Below, one piece after another: positions 20,226 to 34,635 of a stretch of DNA of 64,000 nucleotides. The stretch is taken from NCBI GenBank assembly GCA_021613535.1, contig CP075496.1, positions 1,302,001 to 1,366,000 on the forward strand. Direction: 5' to 3'. Below the pieces are notes generated by a model. That model saw only the letters and a program-made list of their open reading frames with translations. It made no database searches and was not told the DNA's origin. Made by a program: the position numbers and the translations under genes. This DNA comes from Adineta vaga. Lineage: Eukaryota > Animalia > Rotifera. The stretch's first letter is position 1. Every line of letters starts with the position of its first letter.

Positions 20226-20822
20226 ATGTCCGAGAATAATTTTCTTCATGATTGTATTAATTTAGCTATTGATGGTTTCTTATTTCGTGGAATAACTCCA
20301 TCCGATCATTATTATCATTTTTCTCAAGCATTTCCACAAGCATTTCGCGAGAATCCAAATTGTCAATTAACCTTCAAACATTGTTACAATTCTCAACGGT
20401 TAAAATCAAAATATTCATTGGATTTTTCTTTACCCGATGGTAAATGTTCTTTAACATGTCTTTCATCAAAATTCTCCAATTCACGAACAATTCTAAGTAA
20501 TCAATCATCAGCAAAAACAACACCAGAATTAGATACCCATTTTCAATTGAATGCAGATCATTTGAAAAGTTTTGAACATGAAATTCGAAAAATTCAAGAA
20601 CGAATTGCTAAACATCGTTTAAAACATAATCGACCTGATAATCTATCCGAAATGACAAATAAACAAATTTATGACGAAAAAATTCATGTTCAACAAGAAT
20701 TATTACGATTTGAAACTAAACATTCCAAACCAACACAAAGTGACGAAAAGAAAATTGTTAAACCTTTATATGATTATTACCGACAATTGAAACGACTTGT
20801 AGAAAATCAACAGCAAACTTAA
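20226..20822 (+). CDS. Small intronless protein with FAM13-like C-terminal domain
   Basis: MTNKQIYDEKIHVQQELLRFETKHSKPTQSDEKKIVKPLYDYYRQLKRLV resembles the FAM13A/B C-terminal motif (EKxxLQKxLLxxExxHGRP...KPLYDRYRxVK). Confidence 0.7.
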   Translation: MSENNFLHDCINLAIDGFLFRGITPSDHYYHFSQAFPQAFRENPNCQLTFKHCYNSQRLKSKYSLDFSLPDGKCSLTCLSSKFSNSRTILSNQSSAKTTPELDTHFQLNADHLKSFEHEIRKIQERIAKHRLKHNRPDNLSEMTNKQIYDEKIHVQQELLRFETKHSKPTQSDEKKIVKPLYDYYRQLKRLVENQQQT

Positions 20823-22575
20823 AATTGTTTTGTATTTATTTTGTTTTTTCTGAATGGAATTTTTTTATCAGATAAAATAATTATAGAATATTCAAAAAAA
20901 AAGAAAGAAAGTGATGCCACTTCACAAATGACAAAAAAAAAGGTTCGTTCTTTTTCCTTCAAATGTACTGATAATCACCGGTTTATAAAGAAAACATAAT
21001 ATTAGTAAAGTTTTATATTATGATTAGAAAAGATTGTTTCATCAACATTGACATTGAGAACATATTCTTTCCCTCTTCTATTACGTTGTCTCAAGACAAT
21101 TATTTGTTCGTCAAGCTTTTCTTTCTTATTCTTGATTAGGAATAATGCTGAAACATATCATTTTTCTATCGTTAATCTCTATTTTTGCTCTTTTTCTTCT
21201 TTGTTTATCATCTCTCGTCTTCTGGGCAATAGGCAAATGTGACGCTCCATACGGCATATACTATTCAAAGAACAACTATGATAACATTCGATATGTCACA
21301 AAGATATCTAAATGAATTGGTATTTGTACCGATATATAGTTGTTGAATGGTGTTAAATTCTTTGTTAAAATGAATTTAACGATATTGTGTTAGAATTAAC
21401 AGATGTTTTATCCAATTTCTTTACTTATTTTATTCATCATCTTGAATTCTTTTTCCACATGCTTCTTTTATCATCACAATCCGTACTTACTTTTCGTCGT
21501 ATTATGAACTCAAAACATCGAACATTAAAGGTATGTTAGTTCAAATTGATTCAAATGCAACAAAATAAAAATATGAATATGAAAACGTTTTCTTTTCATT
21601 TCAACATATACCACATAACGAAAGGGTACAATAACAAAATCTCAATCTTTATTACACTGATAAGATTTCATTTATGTACTAAAGTATTCTCATTCCTTAT
21701 CTTATACTTTTATTTTTACGACTAATCAAAGCAAAGCAATTTCTACCATATCCAATCTTACAGATCAATCGAGAATTGCCTAAAACGAAACTATTCATAA
21801 AGAAACATAATTATCTTGCCCCCTAGACATTCGTTTACCTAATGTCATTATAACATTCAATTTTCTTCAAAAGTACTTATCAAACAAATACCTCTTTATA
21901 TATTTGTTCTATTTATATATTTAAGCGATGTTTTTTTCTACTAGCAATTCTATTTTATATAAGTGTTATCTTTCCGACAAATTTAAATGAAAAGATTTCT
22001 TCTAAAGATGAAATTTGAGAAGAAATTCTGAAGTTTTAATCGAACATGTTTGAAACAGAAAAGGAAGATTAAGTATACCAGAAGTGATTAACAAGGTTCA
22101 TATTTTACCTTTTCTCTCCTTCAAACTTTCGATTGAATATGAAATGAATGTTCACTGAGATGTGAAAGTAAGAAAAAAAAGGAGTTCTGTTTACTTAGCG
22201 ACTTTAGCCTCGAATTTCTTTCATTCTCTACGTCAACGTTTAGAAATAAACGCACGTAGAATACTTTCATTTTTTCTTTCTTTCTTCTTTTATCCAATTG
22301 CTACCAGGTAAGAAAAAAACTTGGTATATAAAACATTTCAGTGAACTGACATTGATCAAATAAAAATTCGATTTGTATGAAGAGAAAAAAAAACATCAGT
22401 TTATTTTTATTTATTGTTGGATCGAAACTGGTTTAGTAAATGTATAGAAGAGAAAGAAATATATACCGTCACTCTACTCGTTTCATGTAAAATTTGCATT
22501 TCTTTTATCATTATTAATCATTCAATTTTTTTAAGATTATTATTCATTATTATTTAGGATCGATGGTGGTGGTGC

Positions 22576-24016
22576 ATGATCGTTGGAAATACTCTTTGTA
22601 AACGTACAGTTTTTGCTTATTGTATATTTTTCTTTACTGCAATACTCATTTGGAGACATCATGAAAAATCGATTCAATTAGAAGAAGATAAAGATACTTT
22701 AAGACCGCGACGATTTTCAATACCAATTAGTCGAATATTATCATCTCCAACAACATTCTTGAATACGAATGAGAGAGAAATAGGATCGAGAATTGATCCG
22801 AATCGTTTAGATTATTGGTTAAGAAATAATTCACGAACATTAGGAATAAATTTAACATCGATTCTTAAACCAAAAAAACCCCAAAAATATCTTGTTTATG
22901 TTTGTCATGAAAATTGTGGAGGTAAATATTTCGATAAATTATTTGAGGAAGAAAACTTTTCTATTCAATTCGAATTTAGGTTGGGGTGATCGTCTTCGTG
23001 GTATAATGAGTATTTTTATGATTTCATTAATGCTGGATCGTAATTTTCGTATTGAAATAACTCATCCATGTGATTTAACGAATATATTTCGTCCAAATTT
23101 ATATAATTGGACTCAATCAATCAAAGGATTAATTGCTGTTGATCCAAAAACTCATCGTCGTAGTTTTAATTTAACACGTAAAATGTTAATAACAACTGCC
23201 AATGCTCGTCGAGAAGTTCTAACGAATGTTTCACAAATATTACATCACAATCGCTCAATCAATTCGATTTGGTCCGAAGATGTTTTATATTGGGCAACGA
23301 ATAAAGATTATTTTCATCAATTATCAAATAATTTATTCTATCGAAAACAATTTAAATCCTATGGCATCATGACAAAATATAATATTAAATTAGAAATCTT
23401 ATTTCCTTTATTCTATGAAATACTTTTTCGACCCGTTGATCAAATTCAACAACATATTGATTATTATAAATCAAAAAGAAAGACAAAACAAATGATTTGT
23501 GCACAAATACGAACAGGTAGAAAATATTTATCTATTTTCATTCATAAACATTCGATTTTAGGAAAAAATCCAACAATTCCCGATGATAAATTACTTCCAG
23601 GTCGTCGGAATATCAGTGAAACAATGTTTTCCTTTATTGATTCAAATCTTTGGACAAAAGATTCTCAAATATTCTTAACAACTGACAATGAACAAGTTTA
23701 TCATGAAGCTCAACAACGATATGGATCTCGTCTATTATATGTTTCGGGTGAAATAACTCATATCGATCGTTCATTAAATACCGATCAGAAAGTGTGTCGA
23801 GAACAAGATAAATTAATAACAGATTTTCATTTATTAGGAGAATTATGTGATATATCAATCATATCAAATTCAGGTTTTGGTTTTTGGGGAAATTTAAGAC
23901 GATTTAAACCATTTGAACAATTGTATGTGTTTTGTGCAGGAAGAATTTATAAAATTGAATCAATGTGGCATTTGTATAAAATGAGAGAACAAAATCAAAA
24001 TGGCGAATTATGTTAA
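22576..24016 (+). CDS. Type II membrane fucosyltransferase-like glycosyltransferase (GT23/NodZ/O-FucT clan), 3 coding exons
   Basis: N-terminal TM anchor; motifs CGGWGDRLRG, CAQIRTG, IFLTTDN, HIDR, DFHLLG..CD....SNSGFG. Introns ~22922-22978 and ~23517-23561. Confidence 0.75.
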
Positions 24017-24365
24017 AATTTCATCTCAATTCAATTCATAGTAGAAATATTTAAATATATTGTATTAAATTGAAAATAGATCGTAAATTGTTTCTATTAT
24101 ATTTAATATTGTTATTTTTTGTTATATTTTACATTTGTTTTTCTGTTTTTCAACAAAAAATAAGAACTAAATTACTAAAACTATGTATAACCAATTGATT
24201 GATCAGTAGATTTTCTTTACCAAAAGAAAAAACAATCTGATTCGTAGAAACAAAAATAATTTTTTGTAAAAATGAAATAATAATATTTTCATGGCGCTAT
24301 AACCAAAGTCTAACTTCTGTCGAATAGTTCATATTGCGTATCATAACGATGTTTATCTCTTAATC

Positions 24366-25415
<1,050 letters not shown>

Positions 25416-25942
25416 CTGAAAACTATCGATTAGAAATATTAAAAAAAGCAGAATTAATCATCGACATTCGAGAAGGCGAACAGATTTTTTTAATAGAATT
25501 TCTTCTTATTTTAACTTCAATAATGATCGTGAGACTAAGAATGTTTTCTCTTTTTCAAGCTGACTACCATTAGAAGAAGAAATCAAAGATCTATACAGAA
25601 AGATTTCTTATCAATGATAAATATCATTTCGACGTGATTTTTTTTTCTTCTATCAGATATAATTTGATAAATCATCTCTTTGATCTATTGAATGAACTTC
25701 ATGTTCATCTTTTGACAATCGAAACATTTATTTTTCTTAAAAAACGATCTAACTGTGTAGAAGTAGACGTTTCTTTTGTTTCACATAATGATCGATGTTT
25801 GACAAGGGAAATAACATCGATTAGATGGTTATTTTCAGATATTGGATAAAAAAACTCGATCAAGTTTATTTTCATCCAATCATTTTCTTTCGATAATTTA
25901 GACTAGATTTTTTTTCTGTTCTTCTCTCTTTCATTCATAACG

Positions 25943-26409
25943 ATGACAAGCTCAAATGAAGAACATTCTTTCCACACTGAATATATCAATCCAATGGTAA
26001 ACATTTCCTTTTAAAAGACTTTGAAAACTTTTCATTATTTATTTCATAGATTGATCAATATTCATCTCAACAAGAAAATCCGTTAGTATTAATGGCTAAA
26101 GTATGTAATAATATTGGAAAAGATCTTTCGATATCAGTTGAACAAATCTCTCCATCATTTAAACATTCATCAAAACAACGAAAATCTCTCAAACGAATTT
26201 CATCAACGAAGAAAACTTCATCATCAATGAATTCATTAGTTTTACATCATTTTAATCGAATCTATTCTTCTTCGTCTTCGTATTCAATCGATTCGATACT
26301 TTCATCTCCATTCATTTGTAATTCAACAAATACAAATGGAAAATATTTGATCAATCCGAATTATTTATTCAGCCAATTTTCCTTTCCATTGTACAATTCA
26401 TCTTTATAA
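25943..26409 (+). CDS. Second, truncated NET-family paralog (Sp/NET box, remnant finger), exons 25943-25996 and 26050-26409
   Basis: MTSSNEEHSFHTEYINPM|IDQYSSQQENPLVLMAKVCNNIGKD is a divergent EYLQP...SPLALLAQTCSQIGK, with a phase-0 intron in the same region as the first NET gene. PFICN resembles the start of the NET finger. Confidence 0.7.
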
Positions 26410-26963
26410 ATTATATGACGAAACATTAGACAAACTTTCAATTGAAATCCTAAATATTTAATGTATCATTTATCTCGAATCATTAATAAAAAGAAACACA
26501 CAGTTGTTGTCAGTTTTGATTGTCTTGGTTCGTGTTGTTAACGATGCTTTTTAAATAGAGAAGGATCTTTTTCTCATTTTGATCGATGTGTCACAGCATG
26601 TTCGATTAATCGACTGACATTTATCTTTTTTTCTCTTCTTCTTCTTCAGTTTTAATGATTTGAAATCGAAATTGATAGATCAATGACACGCTTGTCCACC
26701 TGCTGCATGATCAATCTGACTTCTCCCACCTGTTTTTCTATGTTCTTAACAAAGAAAACTATGATCAAAAGGACCTCCTACATGTCAATGTTATTCTTTT
26801 CTAATTGACTTTTTATTAAACTCCTCCTTATTTTGATCTTTGTTTTCTAATGTGTCTACCATTTGATGTATTCTTATCACTTTGATCATATTCTTAAGTA
26901 GTTTACTAACTTTTCTAGGAAACATTTTATACAGAGTCACGTCTTTTGTGTTTATAAAAACTA

Positions 26964-27353
26964 TCACGTTATGTTTTTTGATATAGTACATTGATGTTGT
27001 TTTTGTGCTTGTTGATAAGCAGATTGTCCAATGAAAACAACAAACCAAAAGTATATTCGAGCATCATTTTGACAACGTTGAATATTTGATAGTGGTGATA
27101 ATTGTTGACATGCTTCGATCATACATTGAAGAAATGTTGTATCACATGCAAATTGTTTCTTTCCACATGTATCATAACATAAATCATGTTCATTACAACA
27201 AATAATTAGAATATCTTCACCGATTTGTCGAAGAAATTCATCGAGATTGAGACTTGCCGGACCACAACCATTTGCTTGACGACGAAATCGATTAATTGGC
27301 AAATTTAATGAATGTAATGGAAGGACAAATGAAGCGAAGAGGAATAAATACAT
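26964..27353 (-). CDS. Secreted phospholipase A2, group XII-like, intronless
   Basis: Signal peptide MYLFLFASFVLPLHS; NGCGP Ca-loop; CCNEHDLCYDTCG with catalytic His-Asp; CDTTFLQCM; AYQQAQ..C tail. Confidence 0.85.
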   Translation of the reverse strand: MYLFLFASFVLPLHSLNLPINRFRRQANGCGPASLNLDEFLRQIGEDILIICCNEHDLCYDTCGKKQFACDTTFLQCMIEACQQLSPLSNIQRCQNDARIYFWFVVFIGQSAYQQAQKQHQCTISKNIT

Positions 27354-27746
27354 TTTTATGTTAAAATTCTTCCAAAGACGAATGTCTATATAATAGACAA
27401 GGTTTGTATGCAAAGAAAACAATATCATTCTTTTATTTATTGAAGAAACAACAGAAAAAAAAGATGTTTCTTTCTCTAATTTACCTTGAATGATATACTT
27501 ACGAAGATATAACTTTCAAATAGTTAAATAAATCGATTCATTCGATGATAGAGTTACTCTACCTGAATTTGTTTTGTCTATTTTGGAAAATATATCATTT
27601 ACTTATGAATGATGAATTAAACAAATTAATATAGATCATTTTGAATTTCGTGATATAGAAATAAATTAATATTCAATACGATATAACTACTCAAATGAAA
27701 AATAAAAGAATAAGAAAGAAAAATAAAGAACGAAAAGTTAATGTTG

Positions 27747-30700
27747 TTAAGCAAGACTTGGAATTGTTGATGGAAATTGTTGTTCCAATGCATAATGATG
27801 AAGAATTGATGAATAATCTTTGGGGGTTGTTCGAGTTAAACAGGAATCAAGAAAACGAGAAAAATCATAAACTTCGCGAAAACCAACATCATTATATAAA
27901 CGATAATAACGTGGAATACTCCATTGGTCGTTTCTCCATGTTTGCGATAATTCACGATGTCGTTGAGAGCGTGCAGTTGCTGTCGTCGTCGTCGTCGTCG
28001 TCGTCATTGTTGTTGGTGGTGGTGATGGTGACGTTATTATTGGAGTATTTCGACGTAAGATTGAAACAATTGGTCGAGGAACTGGTTTTGATGATGTAAC
28101 TGGTTCACGAAGACGAGTTTGATTTGGTATTAAAACATGATTCGTAGAAATTCGAACACGTTTCGAGGCGGGTGATGCTGATCGTGTCATTTTTCGTGAT
28201 GATAATAATCGAGGTGAATTTGTATTTAAAGATTTCGCACGATAAGATGAACCATAACTATATCGATATGCACTCACTAGAAAGAAAATAGAAATAGAAA
28301 TAAAAAAGATGAAGACAAGTTGTTCATTTACATATATCATCATGATCATAATTCATATGATTTTGATAACTTGATCGTCCTCTAAGAATATCATCAATAC
28401 GTTGTGTTGTTGTAGCTGTTGAATTCAATGTTGATAGAGCATATTGTCCGTCTTCAACATCATCAAGTTCTAACATTAAATCAATTCGTTGTTGTAATCG
28501 TTCCATTCGTTGTTCATTATAACGAATCCATGCTGAACCAGAACTATGGTCACTGAAACATATTTCACAATAATGTGGTTGTGTTGATGTTTGTTTACAA
28601 GGAATTGAAGTTGAATATAAGTGAGATGATGGAAGATAATCAGGAATCATTTCATCATTTGTAATATTTGAAATATATCGATATCGACTACGTGATGAAC
28701 CAGTTGATGACATTGGAGATGATGGACGATCTTCTCTTGGTTTAGGTGATGCTGTTACTATATCATGCTTCACTTGTATTGCCTGAATAGGATATCAAAT
28801 ATCATTACAAGAAGAAGAAAAAAAACGAAATGAAAAGCAAATTTACTCTGTTCGATTGTGTTGTTACTGGATCTCGTATTCTTTCACGATAATTTTGTAC
28901 AATATGTCCAATATCATATAATTCATCATTAATCATTGCAGTAGTTCGTCGTCGATCTTGAACTGTTCGTTCATGTCGCTCCATTAATGATTGTAATAAA
29001 TTACTTGATGGATTTTGTGAAATTGGAGTTGTCATTGTTTGAGTAATATCATTTGTTGAGATAACTTCTGTTGGAGGATAATTATCATGATCAGGTGTCG
29101 AATATGTTCGACGACTAGGTGCTAAATCAAATGAATTATAACCTGATGATGATGTAACACGACGTGATCGAGCTGAATTTCGACTTGATGTTTCAGTTTG
29201 ACCATAACTATAATGTGATTCTAAATCACCAGGAGAATCAAGCTAAAACACAATCATAAAAATGATATGATTAAAATCAATGAATGTTAAAATACTCGTC
29301 GACTTATGCGAGGTAATGATTCTTTTGTTGTATTTTCATCATCAATTTGATCAATAACTTGATAATCATTACTAATTGTTACCGACGATGATGATACTGG
29401 TGTACGAGATGAACGTGATGATGATGGCCGTGGTCTTTCCAATTCAATATCAGTATCATGTTCGGTTTCTGTTCGAGTTAATTGTTCCGATTGTCTTGGA
29501 GAAAGAATAGATGAATCTCTATCTTCATGCGGTTGTATTATATATTCGGATAGAATTTCACTGGTAGAAAATTGTAGCCAAAAATCAGGATAATCAGTAC
29601 CTGTAGCAATCGATCGGCTGGAATGTTGAACTTCATCTTGTGTTGAAACTGATTGATTTAAATATTCGAGATCATCACGAGTAGAAACCGATTGATTTAA
29701 ACATTCAAAATCGTCACGAGTAGCAACGGATTGATGAGAATATCCGATATCATCACGTGTTGAGACGGATTGATTTAAATATTCGAAATCATCACGCGTT
29801 GCAACAGATTGATGAGAATATGAAATGCCATCAGCAGTAGAGACAGATTGATTTATATATCCAATATCATCACGTGTACCGGTAGATTGATGAGAATAAT
29901 GAAGATCATCATGAGTTGATACGGATTGATTGGCATATTCAATGTCATTTCCAGTTGCAATAGAACTATGAGTAAAATCAGCATGATCACGTGTAGAAAC
30001 CGATTGATGTGAATGTTGAATATCATCTTGCGTAGAAACCGATTGATTAAGACATTCAATATCGTCACGTGTTGAACAAGATTGATTCGAATAATGAAGA
30101 TCATCATGAGTTGAAACCGATTGATTCACATATTCAATACCATCACCTGTTGAAACCGATTGATTTACATATTCGATATGATCACGCGTAGAAACTGATT
30201 GATGCGAATGTTGTACATCATCATGAGTTCCTACCGACTGATGTGCATAGGATACATCGTCATATGTTGACATTGAACGATCAGAATATTCGATATCATC
30301 ACGAGTAGCAACGGCTTGGTTAGCATAATGAACATCATCATAGGTTGACATAGAACGATCCGAATATTCAACATCATCATGCGTTGATACAGATTGATTT
30401 GAGTACTTAACATCATCATAAGTTGACATTGATCGATCTGAATATTCAATATCATCACGCGTTGAAACTGATTGACTTGCATATCCAATATCATCATGTG
30501 TAGCAATTGATTGGTTTGAATATTTAATATGATCACCAGTAGCAACTGCTTGATCGCAATAGTTGATACCATCATGTGTAGCAATTGATTGATCAGAATA
30601 TTGAATATCATTTCCAGTAGCAATAGAATGATGTGTATCATTAATATGATCACGAGTAGAAATCGACTGATTTGAATAAGAAATATCATCATGAGTTCCG

Positions 30701-31693
30701 ATTGCCACATTATGTGATTGCCTTGATGAAGTTGAATGAATACTTTCAGTGATCTCGACCGTATATAATGATGAAGAAGTTATTCCTGAATCAATGGATG
30801 TTGATCGGGTCTTCATTGAATTGCTAAATAAAAATAATATTTCTTATGATAATAAATCAACAAATGTATATCTACTCAGTTTGTGTTTTCATTGAAATTT
30901 GAACGCGATCTTGTGGTACTTCATGATTATGTATCATTTCACGAGCATTATGTTCTTCAAATTCCATTGTTGAATGTTCATCGGCTGTTTCTTCTTGAAT
31001 AAATGGAAGTGATTGTACTTGACCTGTATATTGTTCATTATCCAAATCACATTGAATAAATTTTAATGAACCCCGATTAATTGAACTTGTATATTGAAAA
31101 TAAGGTATACTATGATATTCATTGACATCATGCCATGAATGACGACGACGTCGATCATATCTTGTTAAAATTGTATGATTAAAAACTTGATATTGACTTG
31201 ATGATAATAATGAAAGAAGTGTTCGACCACCGAGAAAAACTGTGACAGCTGCATCTTGTACCATTCGTGGTTTTCCACGTTCAACAACAGCACCATCAAC
31301 TATAAAACAAAGAATAAAATTTATTTTTAAGAAAAACCAAACAATCATTTTACCAATTATCCAAAGTTTACACATCATTGGTAAACGAGTTGATTCTCCT
31401 TCAATATCCCATCGAATAACTTCTGATGTTTCACAATCGGAAAATAATGATCCAATACATCGCGCATTTTCTTGTTTAAAAAATGCTTCTCTTTCTCCTG
31501 TTGTAACCCATCCATCACGTCCATTGGCAAATGAAAATGGTTGTCGAACACTTGTTAAACGTTTTACATAAGGTCGAAATGGTATAATCGATGTTCCACT
31601 TTGACGACGTCGTGGTGGTAATGAACGAATAATAATATTTAAATCATCGAAATTAATTGGTTTAGTTGTATCAAGAGTACTCAACGGTTGCAT
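27747..31693 (-). CDS. Large multi-exon uncharacterised protein with a central 13-aa tandem repeat array
   Basis: Consecutive minus-strand ORFs (31693-30872, 30816-29287, 29035-28805, 28773-28324, 28349-27747) separated by short AT-rich introns. Confidence 0.75.
29593..30720 (-). repeat. Coding tandem repeat, ~29 x 39 bp (consensus Y-S-N-Q-S-V-S-T-[HR]-D-D-I-E)
   Basis: Counted 29 [SA]xxT cores, from AIGT to SIATGTD, at a 13-aa period. Confidence 0.92.
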
Positions 31694-33089
31694 AATGATC
31701 GTCGAAATTGATAATTCTATTGATTATCTAGAAAGAACTAATATTGAATTTTACGGATTTCAAATGTTTTCTTCTTAACAACGAAGTAAAAGCTAATCGA
31801 TCCGAGCTGACTTAAATAACGCACTTTATTTGCTACAGCACCTGACGATCATTCACTGTGTGTGTGTGTGATGTATTTAAGAACACAAGAAAAGAAGGGA
31901 AGAGACAAACGAAATTCGATACATTTTTAAAGAAAGAAGAAAAGAGAGAGAGAGAGAAAAGAAGGTGAATGTTTCAATTGAGATTTTAAATTGCATTACT
32001 TCTAATGGAAAGAAAAACAAACAGGAGACATTTCATAGGTTTTGATAAACAAAAGGAACATTTTATTTTCATCATCGAAATCCATTAGAACATTGAAATT
32101 TGATCGAAGAAAAAAATCATTGACATTCAAAAGACGTTTTTTCTTCTCTTCAATCAATATTTCAAAAGATATAATCCTGTTAAAGATCTGACCAAAAGAA
32201 AAACATTCATAGATTGACGAAAATTTGACGAAGATATTGACAGAAATCAAAATTAAAAACTTACTTTATTGAAAGTTCAAAATAATCATCATTTAGAGAA
32301 AATTTTGACTATATCTAGAGATTATTTATGTCTGAAATATGTTATTTTTGGAGTAGATCGAAAGAAAATATTTAAGGTTTCGTTTTTCTTTCTTATTATT
32401 GGTTTCTAAATGATTTACATTTTTCAATAGTGAATCGATGATGAGAAAATGAATTTCTATTTTCCTTGCTCAATTTTACCACAAAAAGAAATATTTTCAT
32501 TTTTTTTCTCTTCAAAACAATACTGCTGCTTAGTGATGTTGTGGTATTTCAAGTATTATTTTTCTCTTTCGTTCGATGATTTCGATCTGTTTCACTAATC
32601 CTTGCATCGCTTCTCTCCCCGGTTTTTTTTCACAAAAATATACACAAAGTTTTCTCTTCTTTTTCGTTTTTTTGATCAACTTACGATTGTTGTTATTGTT
32701 ATTGACAATATGAAGAAAACGATCGATTGTCATCATCTAAGAATAAAAACGATGAATAGTCTTAAACGAAGTAAAAACGCCGAATTCATTACTATTTTGT
32801 ACGATATGGTAGTTTAACAAGGATATTCAGTTCTAAGGTTTCTTAAATATTGGATACTGTTTAACTAAGACGTTAAAAGTCATTTCAATTCGTCCTTGTG
32901 AAACCTATCGAGATCTGTATTATAAAAACAATGAATCCATTCGAATAGATTTTGCTCTGCGAGATCATGCACTGTTAATTACATACCTTGATTCCTTTTT
33001 TCGTATTCATTAAAAGTCCAATCCAACGTCAAATATATTAATAGCTTACTTAGTGAACAGTTACAGAAGCTTAGTAAAACACATGATGA

Positions 33090-33545
33090 TCATCATCCGT
33101 TTATACTTTGTCTCATAATTAGGGTCGTCACTTTGTTCGAATGATCAGAATCCTCGAAGGCTATTCGTCTTTATAAACAATCTCTTCAGATTGATCAAGA
33201 TTCGAAAAAAATCGGATCAATCTTCTATATTGATATTCCATCGGAATCTTGCACGATTGTACAGAAAATTCGGATATTTGACAGAAACATTGAACCATAC
33301 CGTTCATGCACTTACTTATCAACAGCAGCTTTCATCCGAAAAAAGAAAGTCTATTAATCGAAACTGATGAGCTCTATAAGATTGGCTGGATTTATCTGGA
33401 AATGGGACTATCTCCTGATGCCCTTCAATACTTAACTAAATCTTTAACTATCTATCAAATCAACATATATGCATCCGACTATTCTAGTATGCAAGTGGTT
33501 CCCAGTAATATTACCCAAGCAGCCAGCTTAAGTCGATCCAACTGA
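33090..33545 (+). pseudogene. Decayed TPR-repeat gene fragment
   Basis: LYKIGWIYLEMGLSPDALQYLTKSLTIYQ and an upstream KAIRLYKQSLQI are TPR helices, broken by stops and frameshifts. Confidence 0.6.
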
Positions 33546-33796
33546 TAGTAACTCTCACCATTATAGACAATCTTATATGAATAATTAAAAAATTCGATAA
33601 TATTCCAAGTCTAACTGGTAATCTTCTTATAATAGTAATCTTGGAAACCCTTTATCAAAAGCCTGATACTTTATCTACTTCATTTCAAATACATTAAGTT
33701 CTCACACTGTTCATCTATCTAAGAGAGATTTAAAAAAATGTTTATTTTGAAAAAGATTCGTTATAAGTACATAATTCTACAACGTTTCTCTTTATT

Positions 33797-34635
33797 TCAC
33801 ATAAAAATAATAATAAAAGCAAAAGTATCAACCAGCGTGAACATTAAAGGGAATCTCTGAGTGTAATATGTTTCATCATCCATATAAATTAATTTCGTTT
33901 TACATGAATTCGAATATTGTTGTAATAAAGCAATTGAAGTTTGGAATTCATTATTAAAATGTTCGCCATAAATCAAGTCAATAGAACAATAGATTCCGCT
34001 AAGAACGAGATTGGCAATAACAAGTGAATCATGTCCTTCAATATCACTTTTCATCATAATTTTTGGTGGATCAAATCCAGAAGGAATTTTTCTATTTAAA
34101 ACAATTTTTTTCATCCAAGAAACAATATCAATGCTTGGTATAATTATATTTGTGTTCTTATTTCCACTTTCTAAACTTGCTCCTATTGATTATTCACTTC
34201 TTTTCCTGGTTCAAGATAAAATGTAATATTTGTTTGCTTATTACTAACAGCCATTGATTTGAATATTTTCACACGCTAATTTTGTTTTAAATAAAAATTT
34301 TCAAATTCTTCCAGATAACTAGTATGTAAAGGATTTGCTTCAAAACCAACTGAACAAACTTCATCCGAATAATTACCAAACATTTCTTTAAACAACGGAA
34401 CAACAGCAGCATCGGGATATAAATCGGGTTGATAAAGTTTTCGAATTTGAATACCAATATTTGTTCCCATATCGATATATACATATCGACAGCCATCAAG
34501 AAAATTCTTCTCTAATTTGCTAAAATGTATTGGACTTATTTGTCTTAAATCGATACGCTTTTCCATCATAATCATAAAGTATGAAATGCTCACAATAAGT
34601 AACAAAATAAATAATATACATGTTGTTCTATTCAT
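33797..34635 (-). pseudogene. Intronless membrane-anchored FkbM-type SAM methyltransferase, disrupted
   Basis: VYIDMGTNIG (motif I), GFEANP, MAVS, KIMMKSDIEGHD (FkbM KxDxEG). TAG at 34276-34278, plus a stop/frameshift at ~34184 (NNQ*/GASL). Confidence 0.75.

Noticed and set aside
29853-30710. Met/Ile-rich alternate-frame ORFs in the repeat array
   Set aside because: By-products of the stop-poor coding repeat.
29593-30720. 39-bp periodic array as a CRISPR array
   Set aside because: No repeat-spacer alternation and no cas genes; it is an in-frame coding repeat in a spliced eukaryotic gene.
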